From positions 9,736,001 to 9,800,000 of the forward strand of contig NC_087437.1 of assembly GCF_036321535.1 (NCBI RefSeq): a stretch of 64,000 bases of DNA, given 5' to 3'. The DNA is from Camelus dromedarius (taxonomy: Eukaryota). Shown one piece after another: positions 13,271 through 25,479 of the stretch; position 1 is the first letter of the stretch; each line of letters starts with the position of its first letter. Below the pieces are notes generated by a model. It was not told where the DNA came from and did not search any database. It saw only the letters and a program-made list of their open reading frames with translations. The position numbers and the translations under genes are program-made.

Positions 13271-14291
13271 TAAGAGGCACTTTTAAAATCTAGTACAAGC
13301 TGAAGTACTCTTTTGAGTTTGTAAAGATTATGTGATTCTCCTATAGAAATCTTTGAAAGGGGGTTTTAGTTTTAGTCCGTACAAAACCTTGGTTAATGTT
13401 TATTATCTTTAAATTTCTGTAATTCCTTATAAAGACTTTATAATTGTAATTTTCCAGGTACCTCCACTCAAGAAATATTTCTTCCACAGTCAGAGAGTCA
13501 GGATTGACTCCAGACCCAGACACCTATTTTTCCTCAGACCTGCATTTGCCATAGAATTTGGCGATAAACAAGGCTTTTCACCATAATAACCAAGAAAGAA
13601 ATATTCTCTTTTGTTGAGCTAGGAGTTGGGATAATGGTAGCCCAAGACTGCTGGCAATGGTGGCTTCCACACAGAAGGTTGACCCAAGGAATGGACATTT
13701 AAAACCAATATTTCTGACGTTGACATTGAATAAACATTTTATTTCTGTGATAATTGTTTTTAGGGCTGTTTATTATAAAAATATAGTTTGATGATAGTTT
13801 ATTCTTATGATTAAGCTCTAACCACCTAAGACTAAGAGGTCCATGAACAGAATTCCAATTGCATAATAACCTTAATATAAAACCATCTAATATAAAGAAA
13901 CTCTACTGAGTTAAAAATTTGTGCTTTTTAAATTTGCCTTCAGCCATGCATGATGGAGGAATCAAATTCAATTAAGTACAAATTCACCAGCCCTAAAAGA
14001 GCAGAGTCCAAAAGCAGTGACAAGTCTCCCGCATAAATGGGTTCCACTTAAATAAGCTGTGTTATTTCTAGTCTGTCACACAGCATTTTTAAACAATTAA
14101 CTGTGTTGAGTAAAGGACAGACCCACTTTCTCAACCTCACCCAGCTTCCTTTATTAAAGTGTAGACCGTATGTTCAGTCGCTTCTTGGAAATCCCTTCAA
14201 AATGCAGAAGGTTGGGCTGAGCACAATTAGACACAAGTTAATTATTGAAAACTCCCCCTTGTGGCATCGCTGTGGCTACTCACCAAAAACC

Positions 14292-14327
14292 TATATATAT
14301 ATCTATATATAGATATATATATATATA
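14292..14327. repeat. Imperfect (TA)n microsatellite
   Basis: tatatatatatctatatatagatatatatatatata. Confidence 0.9.
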
Positions 14328-14799
14328 AGTGAACAATTAAAACTAAGCTGAGCTTCGAAAAAAAGAAGCTCCTTTTTAAAATTCAAGTGAAAGTTTTACT
14401 AGGCGAAGTGGGATCGTGGACTCTTCCAGAAGGCTCTGCGAAGTAAGATCTACATGGTGGCAGTTATCCACGGCTTGTCCAACGCCTTTGTCTCACTTTA
14501 ATCTAGTCCAGCTGTACTATTTGTCTCCTTCTGAAGGTATGTAATTAATTGGAAATGACCATAAAACTTTAGGAATTTACGGCTACTTTCCAAACTCTCT
14601 TTTCTGAGAAGTACTGAGTTGTTTCCTAAAGACAGATGGACACAAGCTACAATGTGAGAGAGCAGATGACACGAATCCCGAGGAGTGCCAACTTGGTACC
14701 CACCTTCCATCCTTTGGCTTTTCTACGAATACTCAGATTTGTTTCTGATTGCTTTGGGGGCTTAAAATCATTGTCTCTGAGATGGTACTTAATACACAG

Positions 14800-14960
14800 G
14801 GCAGGGATTCTCAAACCTAGCCTGCCACAGAAGCATGCAAAGGACTCTAAGATACAGACTGCTTGGCCTGCCCTCAGTGTCTCTGGTTCAATAAGTTTAG
14901 GGGTGACTCCCAAGAATTGGGTTTTATCAAGTATTCAGGTGATGCTGATTGGAAGCGCTA
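14800..14960. mobile_element. MER5A-like hAT-Charlie MITE
   Basis: cagggattctcaaacct...tctggttcaataagtttagggtgactcccaagaatt...ttcaggtgatgctgat. Confidence 0.7.
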
Positions 14961-16759
14961 ACAGAGAGACCCCCAAATACAAGCGTCTGTTAATTCCACT
15001 GCCTGAGCCCACATCTCAGATGCAGGCTGATTCTTCACACACTTTGACACATTTTCCTGGCTAGTTCTGGGGCTCTGTTTGATCTCCTTTCCTTCCCACA
15101 GTTGTCCCTGAGTCTTCTCTTCTCCTAAGGCCACGTGTAAAGGGCGTCCCAACCCTCCTCCTCCTCTCTTTCCTTGACTAAGTCTCACATCTTTTGGCTT
15201 TGATGGTAACTAAGCACTACAGAGCAATGGCTAATCCTTGTGTGTGAAACATTCCAGAAATGTCACACATCCTCACAGTTTATTCCCTTGGCTTTTCATC
15301 TAGGTTTTAATACGGAATTCAGTTCCTATTAAATTCTTGGAGCTCTTTTTGTTCATACAACTCAGAGATACTTCAGAGGAAAAAAAACTAATTAAAATTT
15401 ACATTTTTGTATGAAAGGGAGATTGTGGAAATACTTCCACCTACATTGCCTCTTTTGTTTCTTTCAAGAAGTTCATTAAATAGGCGAGGTAAATAAAACA
15501 ATGCCATGAATGATTAGAAGGAATTGAAAACAAAGTAGCAACAGAAAAAAAATGTCTTAGTCTAGGAAGATCCTCCCTACCTAATACTTGTATTTCCATC
15601 TTTCCCTACAAGTTCAAACAGGGCCATATACGCGTCTCAAAGCTACACAGTAATTGGTAGTTATTTGTGTTTGTGTGTGTGTGTGTGTGCATTATATACA
15701 CACATAAACATACATATTTTTAAAATAAGGGATCATCTCATCAGTAAAGAACATTGCTGTGAAAATGGAACTTAAAATTTTAGATGTATGTGACTGCTTT
15801 GAATTGCCGAAATGAGAATATCATGTGATTCTTAACAGCACATCTTGTCTTTTGACCATTAAGACTCCATCTGCGCCCCTTGGATCCATTGCAAGCCTTC
15901 AATGCTCTTCAAGCTTGCAGGGACATGTGGTATTTGGAAATTGTGACTGAGATGGTCCAAAGATATAAATAATGACAATGCATAAAGTTACGGGAGATCA
16001 GTGTGGGAAAAAAAAAGCTTTATTGCTTTATTTACATAAACATTCCTCAGTAGGAAAGAGTTATGTTCATACTAGATTTTACTTAAAGAAATCAAGTGTT
16101 AGATGCTTGGAATAACATCCCTAGAAATATGAAATAGGCAAAAAAAAAAAAAACAAACCATTTTTTTCCTTAAATCAACAATGAATACTGAGAAATCATG
16201 CTTTCTTTTTCCCTCCTCTAGCTTCTGAACAGGAATTCTTTACATAGAAGACATACCTTTGAGGATTAAGCATTGAGTATTAAGTAAAAAATAAATATTT
16301 TTAATTTCTTCCTTCAGGCCACTAACCCAGTTTGTCTGATCATACATTAAATGACACAAGAGTAGGACTAGTTAAGACACGCTAAACAAGCTTGCTGTGA
16401 ACCCACACAGAGGTTTTAAAATATTTAATATGCGAAGAGGAGCACCCAGAGTAAAATTTAAATAATCATAACAAGGGAAGCTTTAGCTTAATCTGAGCTG
16501 CACTCATGTGAAAGTGCAGGCGTATCTGATCAGGCATAGAGTGCATCTGGGTCTGATGCCCCCTCGGGAGACAGTGGACTGAGCACTGCGCCTCCTAGGA
16601 AGGCTGGTCTCCCGGGGACTCAAGTCGCCCCTCTGGGAGCGAGGGAGAAGTTGACATCTATTTATGTTGTGTATCTACTCACCAAATTTCTAGTTATTTT
16701 TAACACATTTGCCTTTTAATTTTTCAGCTGGACTTAAAAGGGATTAGCCAACACGAACA

Positions 16760-17025
16760 CAGCAAACAATCTTATGTTTACCGGGGAAAAGGGGGTGGGA
16801 AGAGAGAAACTAGGGAGTTTGAGATCTGCAAATGTTGGCCACCACGTATAAAAACAGATTTTAAAAAACTCAAATTTCTGCTTATAGCATAGGGAGCAAT
16901 ATCTAGTAGTAATCTTTGATGAAAATGAATATATGCGTGTATATGCATGACTGGGACATTATGCTGTACACCAGAAATTGACACCTTGTAACTGTACTTC
17001 AATAAAAAATTAAAAAATAAAAAAA
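16760..17025 (+). mobile_element. Camelid-type L1 3' end
   Basis: aatcttatgtttaccggggaaaagggggtggga...gggagtttgagatctgcaaat...ctgtacaccagaaattgacacc...AATAAA plus an A tail. Confidence 0.9.
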
Positions 17026-17029
17026 GGTA

Positions 17030-17438
17030 ACAGTCTATTCTGTTTGTGTGTATATCATACTGTTACCAATGAGTTTCATACTTTCCTGTGCTCTCATGTT
17101 GCTAGTTTATGTCATTTGATCCAGCTTGAAGGGTTCTCTTTAGCATTTCTGGTATGGCAGTTCTAGTGGTGAGGTACTCCCTCAGCTTTTATTTGTCAGA
17201 GCATGTCTTTATCTCCTCTTCATTTTTTCCAGGTTTCTTAGCATGATTGGCAGTTTTTTTGTTTGTTTGTTTTCCTTTTGGCACTTTGGACGTATCATTC
17301 CACTCCCTTCTGGCCTTCGAGGTTTCTGCTGAAGCCTTGTATATAACAAGCCACTTTCCTCTGGTGACTTTCAAAATTCTCTTTTAACTTTTGACAATTT
17401 GATTATAACGTGTCTCCATGGGGGTCTCTTTATATTCA
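17030..17438 (-). mobile_element. Older L1 fragment (ORF1 / inter-ORF region)
   Basis: tctttagcatttctggtatggcagttctagtggtgaggtactccctcagctttt...atcattccactcccttctggcct...gtttctgctga. Confidence 0.75.
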
Positions 17439-17610
17439 TCTACCGTATGATCTGGCAGTTCCACTTCTGGGCATATATCCAAAGGAAATGAAATCATATC
17501 TCAAAGAAACATCTGCACCCGCCATGTTCACTGCAGCACCATTCACAACAGCCGAGATACAGAAACCACCTAAGTGCCTGTCGACAGATGACTGGGTAAA
17601 GAAGATGTGT
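17439..17610 (+). mobile_element. L1 ORF2-end / 3' region fragment
   Basis: ORF 17410-17664 contains LPYDLAVPLLGIYPKEMK...MFTAAPFT...PKCLSTDDWVKKM. Confidence 0.85.
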
Positions 17611-17657
17611 CATGCACGTGCATGTGTGTGTGTGTGTGTGTGCGCATGTGCCTATAC

Positions 17658-17884
17658 TAGCTGACCCTTGAACAACACGAGTTTGAACTGAATGGATCCA
17701 CTTATATGTCAACTTTTTTTCAGTAAAGACACACGACAGCACTACAGGATCTGTAGTTGGTTGAATCCACAGATGTGGAACCACAGATATGGAGTGAACA
17801 CTGTCAAGTTACACACGGATTTTCAACTGCCTGGGGAGGGGGTGGTCAGCACCCTTTATACCCATGTGGTTCAAGGATCAGCTG
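17658..17884 (+). mobile_element. Complete Tigger2-type MITE (~227 bp)
   Basis: Terminal inverted repeats tagctgacccttgaacaacac and atgtggttcaaggatcagctg. Confidence 0.85.
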
Positions 17885-20839
17885 TGTGTATGTATATAGA
17901 CACACACACACACATGCTAATGTCATTGCTTAGTGGTTTTGAGAAGCATGCACAAAAAGATGAAGTGTGACATGCCTGGGGTGGAGCTATAGAAACTGTG
18001 AAGGCAATTTAAATAGGATTGGCTTCCAAATGCAAATTAAATTTTTTAGGAAATGGAGATTCATACCTAAAAGTATATAATACACACTAGCTCCGTTCCT
18101 ATGGGCAAATTATTTTTAGGGGAAATATAAAGGAAATAGGTCAAACTAAAAAAAAATACTTTCAAACCTAGTAAAGTGGAAAAGTGATTGTTTAAGATTG
18201 GAGAGCAGAAAAACACTTGGACTGGAAGATGTTGCTGTTGGAAGTGCTTAGTGCCTGAAGGAGACAAAAGTTGAGGAAACAAGGCTTTTCTACCTGGGCT
18301 AAGCAGACCTGGAGTTCACACGAACAACAACAGCAACAAATTATTCTGCACTCCCAGTTTATACGACCACTTGTCTAAGCGCCGACGTCGCGCAATTCCT
18401 CAAACGTCCCCAGGTATACAACCTTAGATACACACAGGAACTCACAAATGGAAATCTCTTCTATCCCAAATAAATTCTGTTCTCAAATGAAATGACATGC
18501 ATTTAATTTATTCTTTTTTTTCTCTTAAAGTTTACCTTACTGGTCATTTCATCTGACTTTTCATGGATAACAAAAATCATGAAAAAGCAGTGTACACTTT
18601 TCTAGGGCACAGACAGAGGTCAGGCTGGATTCTCAGCCTCAGGTGGTAAAACTTCACCATCATCCCAGTAAAGAAGAGTTTCTAAAGGACACAGGTTGGA
18701 TAAAGAAATCTCTGTGTTGAAAAAGATGCTATCCTGCAATGGGACTGATATTAAGTCCAGGTGAAGCAAGGAGCTAGTGCCTAGAACTCTACCCTTTTTG
18801 GAATGTTCAGTGTGTTTTCTCTTCAGAGAGAAAAAAGTCGATAACCAAAGCCAGAAACCTACTCAAAATCTGAAGGCATTAAAATTAACATGTGTCAATT
18901 TCTCCCATATTTTTATCCTTCGGTGATAAGAAAGAAACCTAGAAGACTCAAACAAGGACAAAATATCTTATCGCCTAATGTTGGGCAATTTAATATCAGC
19001 ATATTTTATTGTCTCCCTTGGTTGCAGCTTCTAAAGCATAAGGTCGGTAAGAGATAAGTATGAACAAAGCACTATCCTTTATTGTCACACTGCAGTCTGA
19101 CATATACTAATATGGATAAGACATTATTAAGGAAGCAGTTTTCATTATCAAATAAAATGATCCCAAAAGGGATCCACAAATGTACTGGCAAATTCTAATT
19201 AGTTTATTGACATGCTATAAAAGCACAGATAATTCTTGGAGATTGAAAGGTAAGACAAATTTATATATAAATGAGAAATTTACATTTTATATATATATCG
19301 AGGCTTGAAGTATCAGAAAATTCTATGAAGCTATTTTGCTTTTATTAACTACCAGTGTTCCTGGAGAAGGAACATCTTGCAAACTGAAAATCTACTGACA
19401 TTTTACACCTCATCTGGGATAATTAATGGAAAGAGAAAAGAGAATGGATCAGCAAGAGCTAGAGAGCAAAATTTTATTTGGCTTCCCTGTTAAATAAAAG
19501 AAAATTTAATGCTAAGAGGATAGATATGGGTGGCAATATTCTAGATTGATGGCTTACAAAACAATGAGAAGCAAGAGTCTAGAATACTGTTAGATAAAAC
19601 TGAATTATTTGATAGTAGCTTCAGCCCAATAAAAATAGACAACCAGGCTTAACAAAATAACTCAAATATGACAAAGATAGTGGGAATAAAAGGAAGCCGC
19701 CACCATAGGTCAACCTGCTACTCAGTCCTTCAAGAAGCATTAACAACAGCTTCATCACGATGAGCACATGAAATTGAATTAAACTAATTGGCCAGAGGAG
19801 CCTTAAACATCCTGAAAGTTTTACCTTTTGCAATATGTATTCCAAAATGCTCTTATGAATCAAAGAAGCATTTTTATTCTAATGCTCAATTTCTGTCTTT
19901 TGATAAAACTCCATAAAATATTTCTAATATCTTAATCTATAAATATTTTAATATTTCATTTCATTAAATGTTAAGATTTTCCCACCACAGAATTTATCAC
20001 AGAGATGGAAAGCAAAATGATAAATGTGAGCAAGATCTCAACATTCAGTGAGAAATCGCCACTCCATTATTAATTCCTTTACGGTAGTTTAAAAATATGT
20101 CTTCCTAAAAGGGTTCTCATCTGCAAACACTATTATATTATAACGCATGTGCTAGTGTACATGTAATATTACTCTTTCGTATTCATGTGTGTACTGTGAC
20201 AAAAAGATAAGAAGTATTTGCCTTTGCGGGATTCTTGGTGATTTTTGTTTTATTTTGTGTACAGCCCAGATAGAACAATATTACTTTTATCATCAGGTCA
20301 TCAGAAAATAATCATTATTTGCAAAACTTACATTCCTCATAAATATAACATCAAAGCTCTTTTCCTAAGAGAAAGTAAGGTATGTGATTTGTACTGGAAT
20401 TTCTTTGATTTATAGTTTTCATGAAAGGGGGATGCATGGAGTCTGAAATATGATGAAGTCTCCACATTTAAGCACCTTTTAATTACAGACTTATCTTCTG
20501 CCACTTCTGTATCTCACTTCATCTTCAAAAGTGTGTTAACAAACATCAATGTATTTCTGGAATAACAGAAAATACATAGTGATAAATCACAAAAACCGAT
20601 GTGTTTACATGACTATACTGCACACAATGTTTCAATAGGTATGTTTGGTGGAAAAAAAATTAAGAAAACAGATTAGTTGTAATAATATTAAGTTAAGTGC
20701 TTTAAAAATGACATAAACTCAATAATGTAAGAAAATCCTCAAACATATGGCTTAATGTTGTTGACAGTGGGATGCAAGTTTGCCATGGAGATAAGTCTGT
20801 TGCTAATAACGTAGACGGGGGAATCTACGAACAAACAGA

Positions 20840-20980
20840 ATTAGTCAGCAAGTCTCTTAGTCCCTCCGATCCCTGGCTGTCTTCTTTGTAAAATAGAATT
20901 AACAGCACTTGCTTTGCAGAATTTCTGATTGGGGTTCAATAGATGATGTATGTAAAATACCGGGAGCAGTAAATACTAGT
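20840..20980 (+). mobile_element. MIR SINE
   Basis: gcaagtctcttagtccctc...tgtaaaatagaattaacagcact...gatgatgtatgtaaaatac. Confidence 0.6.
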
Positions 20981-21131
20981 TCACTTTTTGCTCTCTTTTC
21001 ATTTTTGATGATAAAGCTTGAATACAAGCATTAGATGGAAAATACATAGGGGGAAGTGCTACATTTTGTTGCTTTCGCACAATGAAACATATTAGGTACA
21101 TTACTTATGAATATACAGGAGGCATTGGTGG

Positions 21132-21440
21132 TGTCTCTGGTGGATTCCCAGGAAAACAGGCTTTGAGAGAAAGATTATGTGGGCAAGAGGTGGACTCGAT
21201 CAGTAACTGAGAGGCAGGAGGAAAGCGGACCTGGTAGAGGGCAGGTCGGACTGTGATAGGATTGCAACAGTGACATCAGCAAATCTGAAGCCGGAAAGGC
21301 CTTTTCAGGCAAGGAGCGGGGACATTTTGCTCCAGTGAGGGAGCAAGTTCACAAGAGGGCAGCGCTTCGGAAAGAACTCAGCAGGCAATACTCCCAACTC
21401 GGCAGGAGGGACCCGGAGGGCTCAGGACAGCGTGCCCACA
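21132..21440 (-). mobile_element. Old ERVL-class LTR fragment
   Basis: tgtctctggtggattcccaggaaaacaggctttgaga... resembles the reverse end of LTR33/LTR41-like elements; GC-richer than its flanks; ends ...cccaca. Confidence 0.45.
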
Positions 21441-22654
21441 GGTGCTGAACATGTGTCCTAACAAACTTTGGTTCTGCAAAGACTGCAGCAACTGTCAAAC
21501 ACTGAAGTTAAGTCTTACCTGTGGGAACAGTGGCCTCTTAATTAATTAGCACACCTGACTTATTTTTTTTTACTGTGATCTTTGAAGATCATTTTCCTTA
21601 ATAAGTCAGATGATATGAGAAATGCTGTATTTTGCTCTGAAATAGAGAAATCCTATTTTGGATATGATGAGGGCTCTGTTCATCCTTGTTCTTTGAAATA
21701 CATATTAGGATGTACCTCTGGGCATGTAATTATACAATGTTCTACAATCACTGAGGACAGAAGCGATATTAATTTTTTTTCATTTAGAAAGTCTAGAATG
21801 AATAATCATAAAAATTAGTTCCATGGTCGTTATGCATTTGATTTGCAGTCCTAAAAAATAAGTTATATATAAGGTTGGATGAATCCAGGTAACTATCTCT
21901 GTTGTCTTATTCCTTTTCTTGACATGACTATATTTAATTGCTTCCCATTTGAAATCTAAACCGAGATGATTTTCTGAGGATGGAAGGAGTTCACAAGCAG
22001 TCACGTGTGTGTGTGCATATTCAGGGAAAAGGCTCTCTCCTTCTATGTCCCAGCTCTTTCTCTAAATAAACTAAAAGTAATAATGGTCTTGACTAAGAAT
22101 TTATAGGATCTGTTATTCTTGCAAATTCCTGATTTTAGCTTGGTCTCCATGTAGGGAAGGAAATGACAGTTAATAAGAGTATATAAGACTCAGAATTTGG
22201 CTCCTTTCTTATTCCCAACAGGCCTGAAAAAAGTACATTTTTAGAGTGGAGAGATGAGGGGGTATGTAAAAGAAATAATATGTTTCGATATTAATATAAA
22301 GTACTAACTCAGTTGTGAGTTTGACTGCCTGTAGTTAGATCTGCCTGTAGTTAAAGCAGAGGGTGCCTCTGAAGTATGATTTCAGGTCAAGTGCTCCCAC
22401 TAATTCATGATTATTTTCAGTGACTTTTATTAATAAGACACTAAAAAGAACCTTAGAAAATAATATGCATAGAAAATGTAGCAAGTGTGTTAAGCACCAA
22501 CTTAATCAATGCATTGTTGGGAATATGATAGAATTTTACTTTTTATATGTTCTTAAAATATTTTTTCTCCTTGAGAAATGAAAGGCACAATTTCTACAGA
22601 ATATTCACTTTGCGGACACAATATGCTTTAGAATGAATACAGCTATTTAATAAA

Positions 22655-22850
22655 ATAGGACCTGAATATGATTCTTAGCTTGAGCACCTAATAGTTGGGT
22701 GACCTTCAGTACATCATTCAGTTGACATTATCCTCAATTTCCACATCTGTAAGAGGGAGACAGTGACAATATCTCTCTGGCTGTGAGGAAAAAATAAATA
22801 ACAAAGTGTGCATAAAGCCTTTAGTACAATACTAGCCTATAATATATGCA
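22655..22850 (+). mobile_element. MIR SINE
   Basis: gggtgaccttcagtaca...cctcaatttccacatctgtaagaggg...tgtgagga...taaagcctttagtaca. Confidence 0.75.
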
Positions 22851-24323
22851 CTGATGTAATTATTTTAAAATACTTGACTTGAGGTCACTCATTCCTAGCA
22901 TTGTGATTTGAAAGTCCTTGACCATCCTAAACTGTGTCTGGGACTAGCTCTGATTTGAGTTCCTAAACCAGGTATGTCTTTTTTTTTTTTTTTTCTTTTG
23001 AGTTTCTGTCTATGATATAATTTATTGCTTCTCCAAAGAGGTTTGTAAGTATCAAGGTAGGTGAAACAAAAGTAAAACACCAAAGCCGACACCACTGCCA
23101 TTGACAACACCAACTTAAAGGAAAACAACCTGAAATTGAATCATGCTGCCCTTCAGATGATTTTACCTAAATCTCAATGATAACGAATAGGTTTTCCTTA
23201 GGAGGTTCAAAATAGAGACTATGAAATACATATTTTTAACCCGACTTACTAAGTACATTTGCCTCACTAATTCATCTTGTGCCGATAGAATTTAGCAGTT
23301 CTTAATTACTTTCTGATGACTATTTTTATTTTTTACATCTCTTTGACCGATAAGATCTGTGATTAACTATTTGTCATACAAAAGAGAAATACGGAGTCCT
23401 TTCTGTTAGAATATTCCAGCTCATTCATTCTAAAAAATACAAAGCAAGGTAGAAATAATTTCCTTTTAAAAACATATACTGTTTTTTTCATTATTTGATA
23501 ACCTTGAAGCAAACCACAAAATTATATTTAAAAATCTGTAATATCAAATATTAGAACAGATTAAAATTCAGTCTTATTTTTCAATATCATTAAAATTTAG
23601 ATGAAATGGATCTTGTCTGTCAAACATGAAACATTCACCCAGAACACAATATTGTAACTCTTCGGCGTTACTATTGTTTCAGCCCTCCAAAGCCCAGCTC
23701 CTCCCCCTCACCTCTCCATGCTTTCTCTAATGACCTTCCATTTCTTTCCAAAAGTATGTGTGTGCTATTTTTAAAATCTGCTTACTCCTAAATTCAACTT
23801 TTATTTTTCAAAAATAGTCTAAAGTGACTAAACAAACCACGAATTTTCACTAGCAAATTTAAACAATCTGTGTATAGTAATAGACCGTATTCTATTGGTT
23901 AAAACACCTACTTGAAGAGATAGGTATTTTTTCAAACCAATTGCAGTCTGGCTAACCAACTGAAGCCCCAACATGCACAAAATGAACATAAAAACCATTC
24001 TTTTATATAAAATGTAAGAGAATGCCCATTTCCAAATAACTATCTTAAAGGCAAGCATTAAGAAAATCTAATGTCCAACTTTCAAATTATCACAAATGTC
24101 CTGGTGGGTCATGAACCCAATTTTAATACACTTAAGCATAGACAACAAACAAAATTTTCCCCTCCCCCAAAAGGCTGTCAGAAACTCTTTAACATACTAT
24201 GATGATAAAGCTTTTATGTAATGTTACTTCCTGGTTTTAAAAATAGAGATTAGTCCATTCTTTTCTGTTCATACAGACAAATCAATTACATAAAATTGAG
24301 AATATATCTTTAGAAAAGCTTAC

Positions 24324-24542
24324 CATTGTCATTTTTCGCCATCCCGTTGCTGAGTTGTTTTAATCTCTTTTGATGCGATTTGCCGTTGTAGTGGATTTGG
24401 GCTTGAGCAGCCGAATTCAGCTGAATGTTACACACATTACACAAGGTGAAGTTGGTATGTTTCTTTTCTCTTTCTGGCTTTTCTTCAAAGTCGTCAGGTA
24501 AAAACTCAGCCTCACTCTCTCCATCTTGTGCACATGTGGAAT
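24324..24542 (-). CDS. ZNF385D: Internal coding exon (219 nt, phase 1-1) of zinc finger protein 385D long isoform; encodes the N-terminal matrin/U1-type C2H2 finger
   Basis: Acceptor ctttctttgtcccttcctAG and donor G|GTAAG. Open frame (D)STCAQDGESEAEFLPDDFEEKPEREKKHTNFTLCNVCNIQLNSAAQAQIHYNGKSHQKRLKQLSNGMAKNDN(G) with C-x2-C-x12-H-x5-H spacing. CNIQLNSAAQAQ is the first-finger signature of the ZNF385 family. As I recall, ZNF385B reads VHSNGKSHRKRVKQ and ZNF385C reads VHCGGRAHQRR, so IHYNGKSHQKRLKQ plus giant AT-rich introns points to ZNF385D. Confidence 0.88.
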
Positions 24543-24593
24543 CTAGGAAGGGACAAAGAAAGTTATGAACAAGCCAATCAGGATTCCTGGATT

Positions 24594-25293
24594 CCTGTGA
24601 ACACTGGGGTGTGTTTCCTTCTGAATTAGAGTTTTCATCTTTTCTGGATGTACGCCCAGAAATGGGATTGCTTGATCATATGGTACATCTATTTTTAGGT
24701 TTTTTAGGGAAACTCCATGCTGTTATAGTGGCTACAGAATTTACATTCTCACCAACAGTGAAGGAGCACTATTTACAACAGCCAAGACATGAAAGCAACC
24801 TAAATATCCATCAACAGATGACTGGATAAAGAAGATGTGGTACATATATGCAATGGAATATTACACAGTCATAAAAAAGGAAGGACACAATGCCATTTGC
24901 AGCAACATGGATGGAAATATCATATATCACTTATATGTAGAATCTAAAAAAAATGACACAAGTGAACTTATTTACAAAACAGTAATAGACTTACAGACAT
25001 AGAAAACAAACTTAATGTTACTAAAGGGGTAAGGTGGGAAGAATGATAAATCAGGAATTTTGGATTAACAAATACACAACACTATATATAAAATAGATAA
25101 ACAGCAAAGATTTACTATACAACACAAGGAACAATATTCAATATCTTGTACTAACCTATAATGGAAAAGAATCTGAAAAAAATATATATGTATGTGTATG
25201 TATAACTGAATCACTTTGCTGTCACCAGAAAGTGACACAACATTGTAAATCAACTATACTCCAATAAAAGTAAATAAATAAAAATTTAAAAGA
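24594..25293 (+). mobile_element. 5'-inverted (twin-primed) L1 insertion
   Basis: 12-nt TSD gattcctggatt at 24582-24593 and 25294-25305; 24594-~24765 is inverted and ~24766-25293 is forward with AATAAA and an A tail; the two segments are contiguous in the L1 consensus (...gttcacag|agcactatttac...). Confidence 0.92.
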
Positions 25294-25479
25294 GATTCCT
25301 GGATTACTTCATATTATTAAATTTAGTAGCAAATAAGGATTGCCCTAGACACTTAGAATTCAAAATTCTCATTTCTTCCTATTTTATAGGGTGCATCTCT
25401 ATTTAATAGGTCGTATCTCTATATCTTTCTTGGAATCCAAATGGCAAACGTTTCACTTTGCTTCTTCTGCGTTAAATAC

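Noticed and set aside
16695..17025. + strand acceptor (tttgccttttaatttttcAG, ~16728) leading into an L1 poly(A) signal as an antisense terminal exon
   Set aside because: Such motifs are common in AT-rich DNA and there is no supporting upstream exon or expression evidence
21519..21554. Possible 36-nt minus-strand exon with strong donor CAG|GTAAG
   Set aside because: The acceptor is preceded by an A run rather than a pyrimidine tract, and the phase-1 frame hits TAA
24324..24542. Possible frameshifts or pseudogenisation of the zinc-finger exon
   Set aside because: Recounting the homopolymer runs gives a continuous 73-codon frame with intact splice sites
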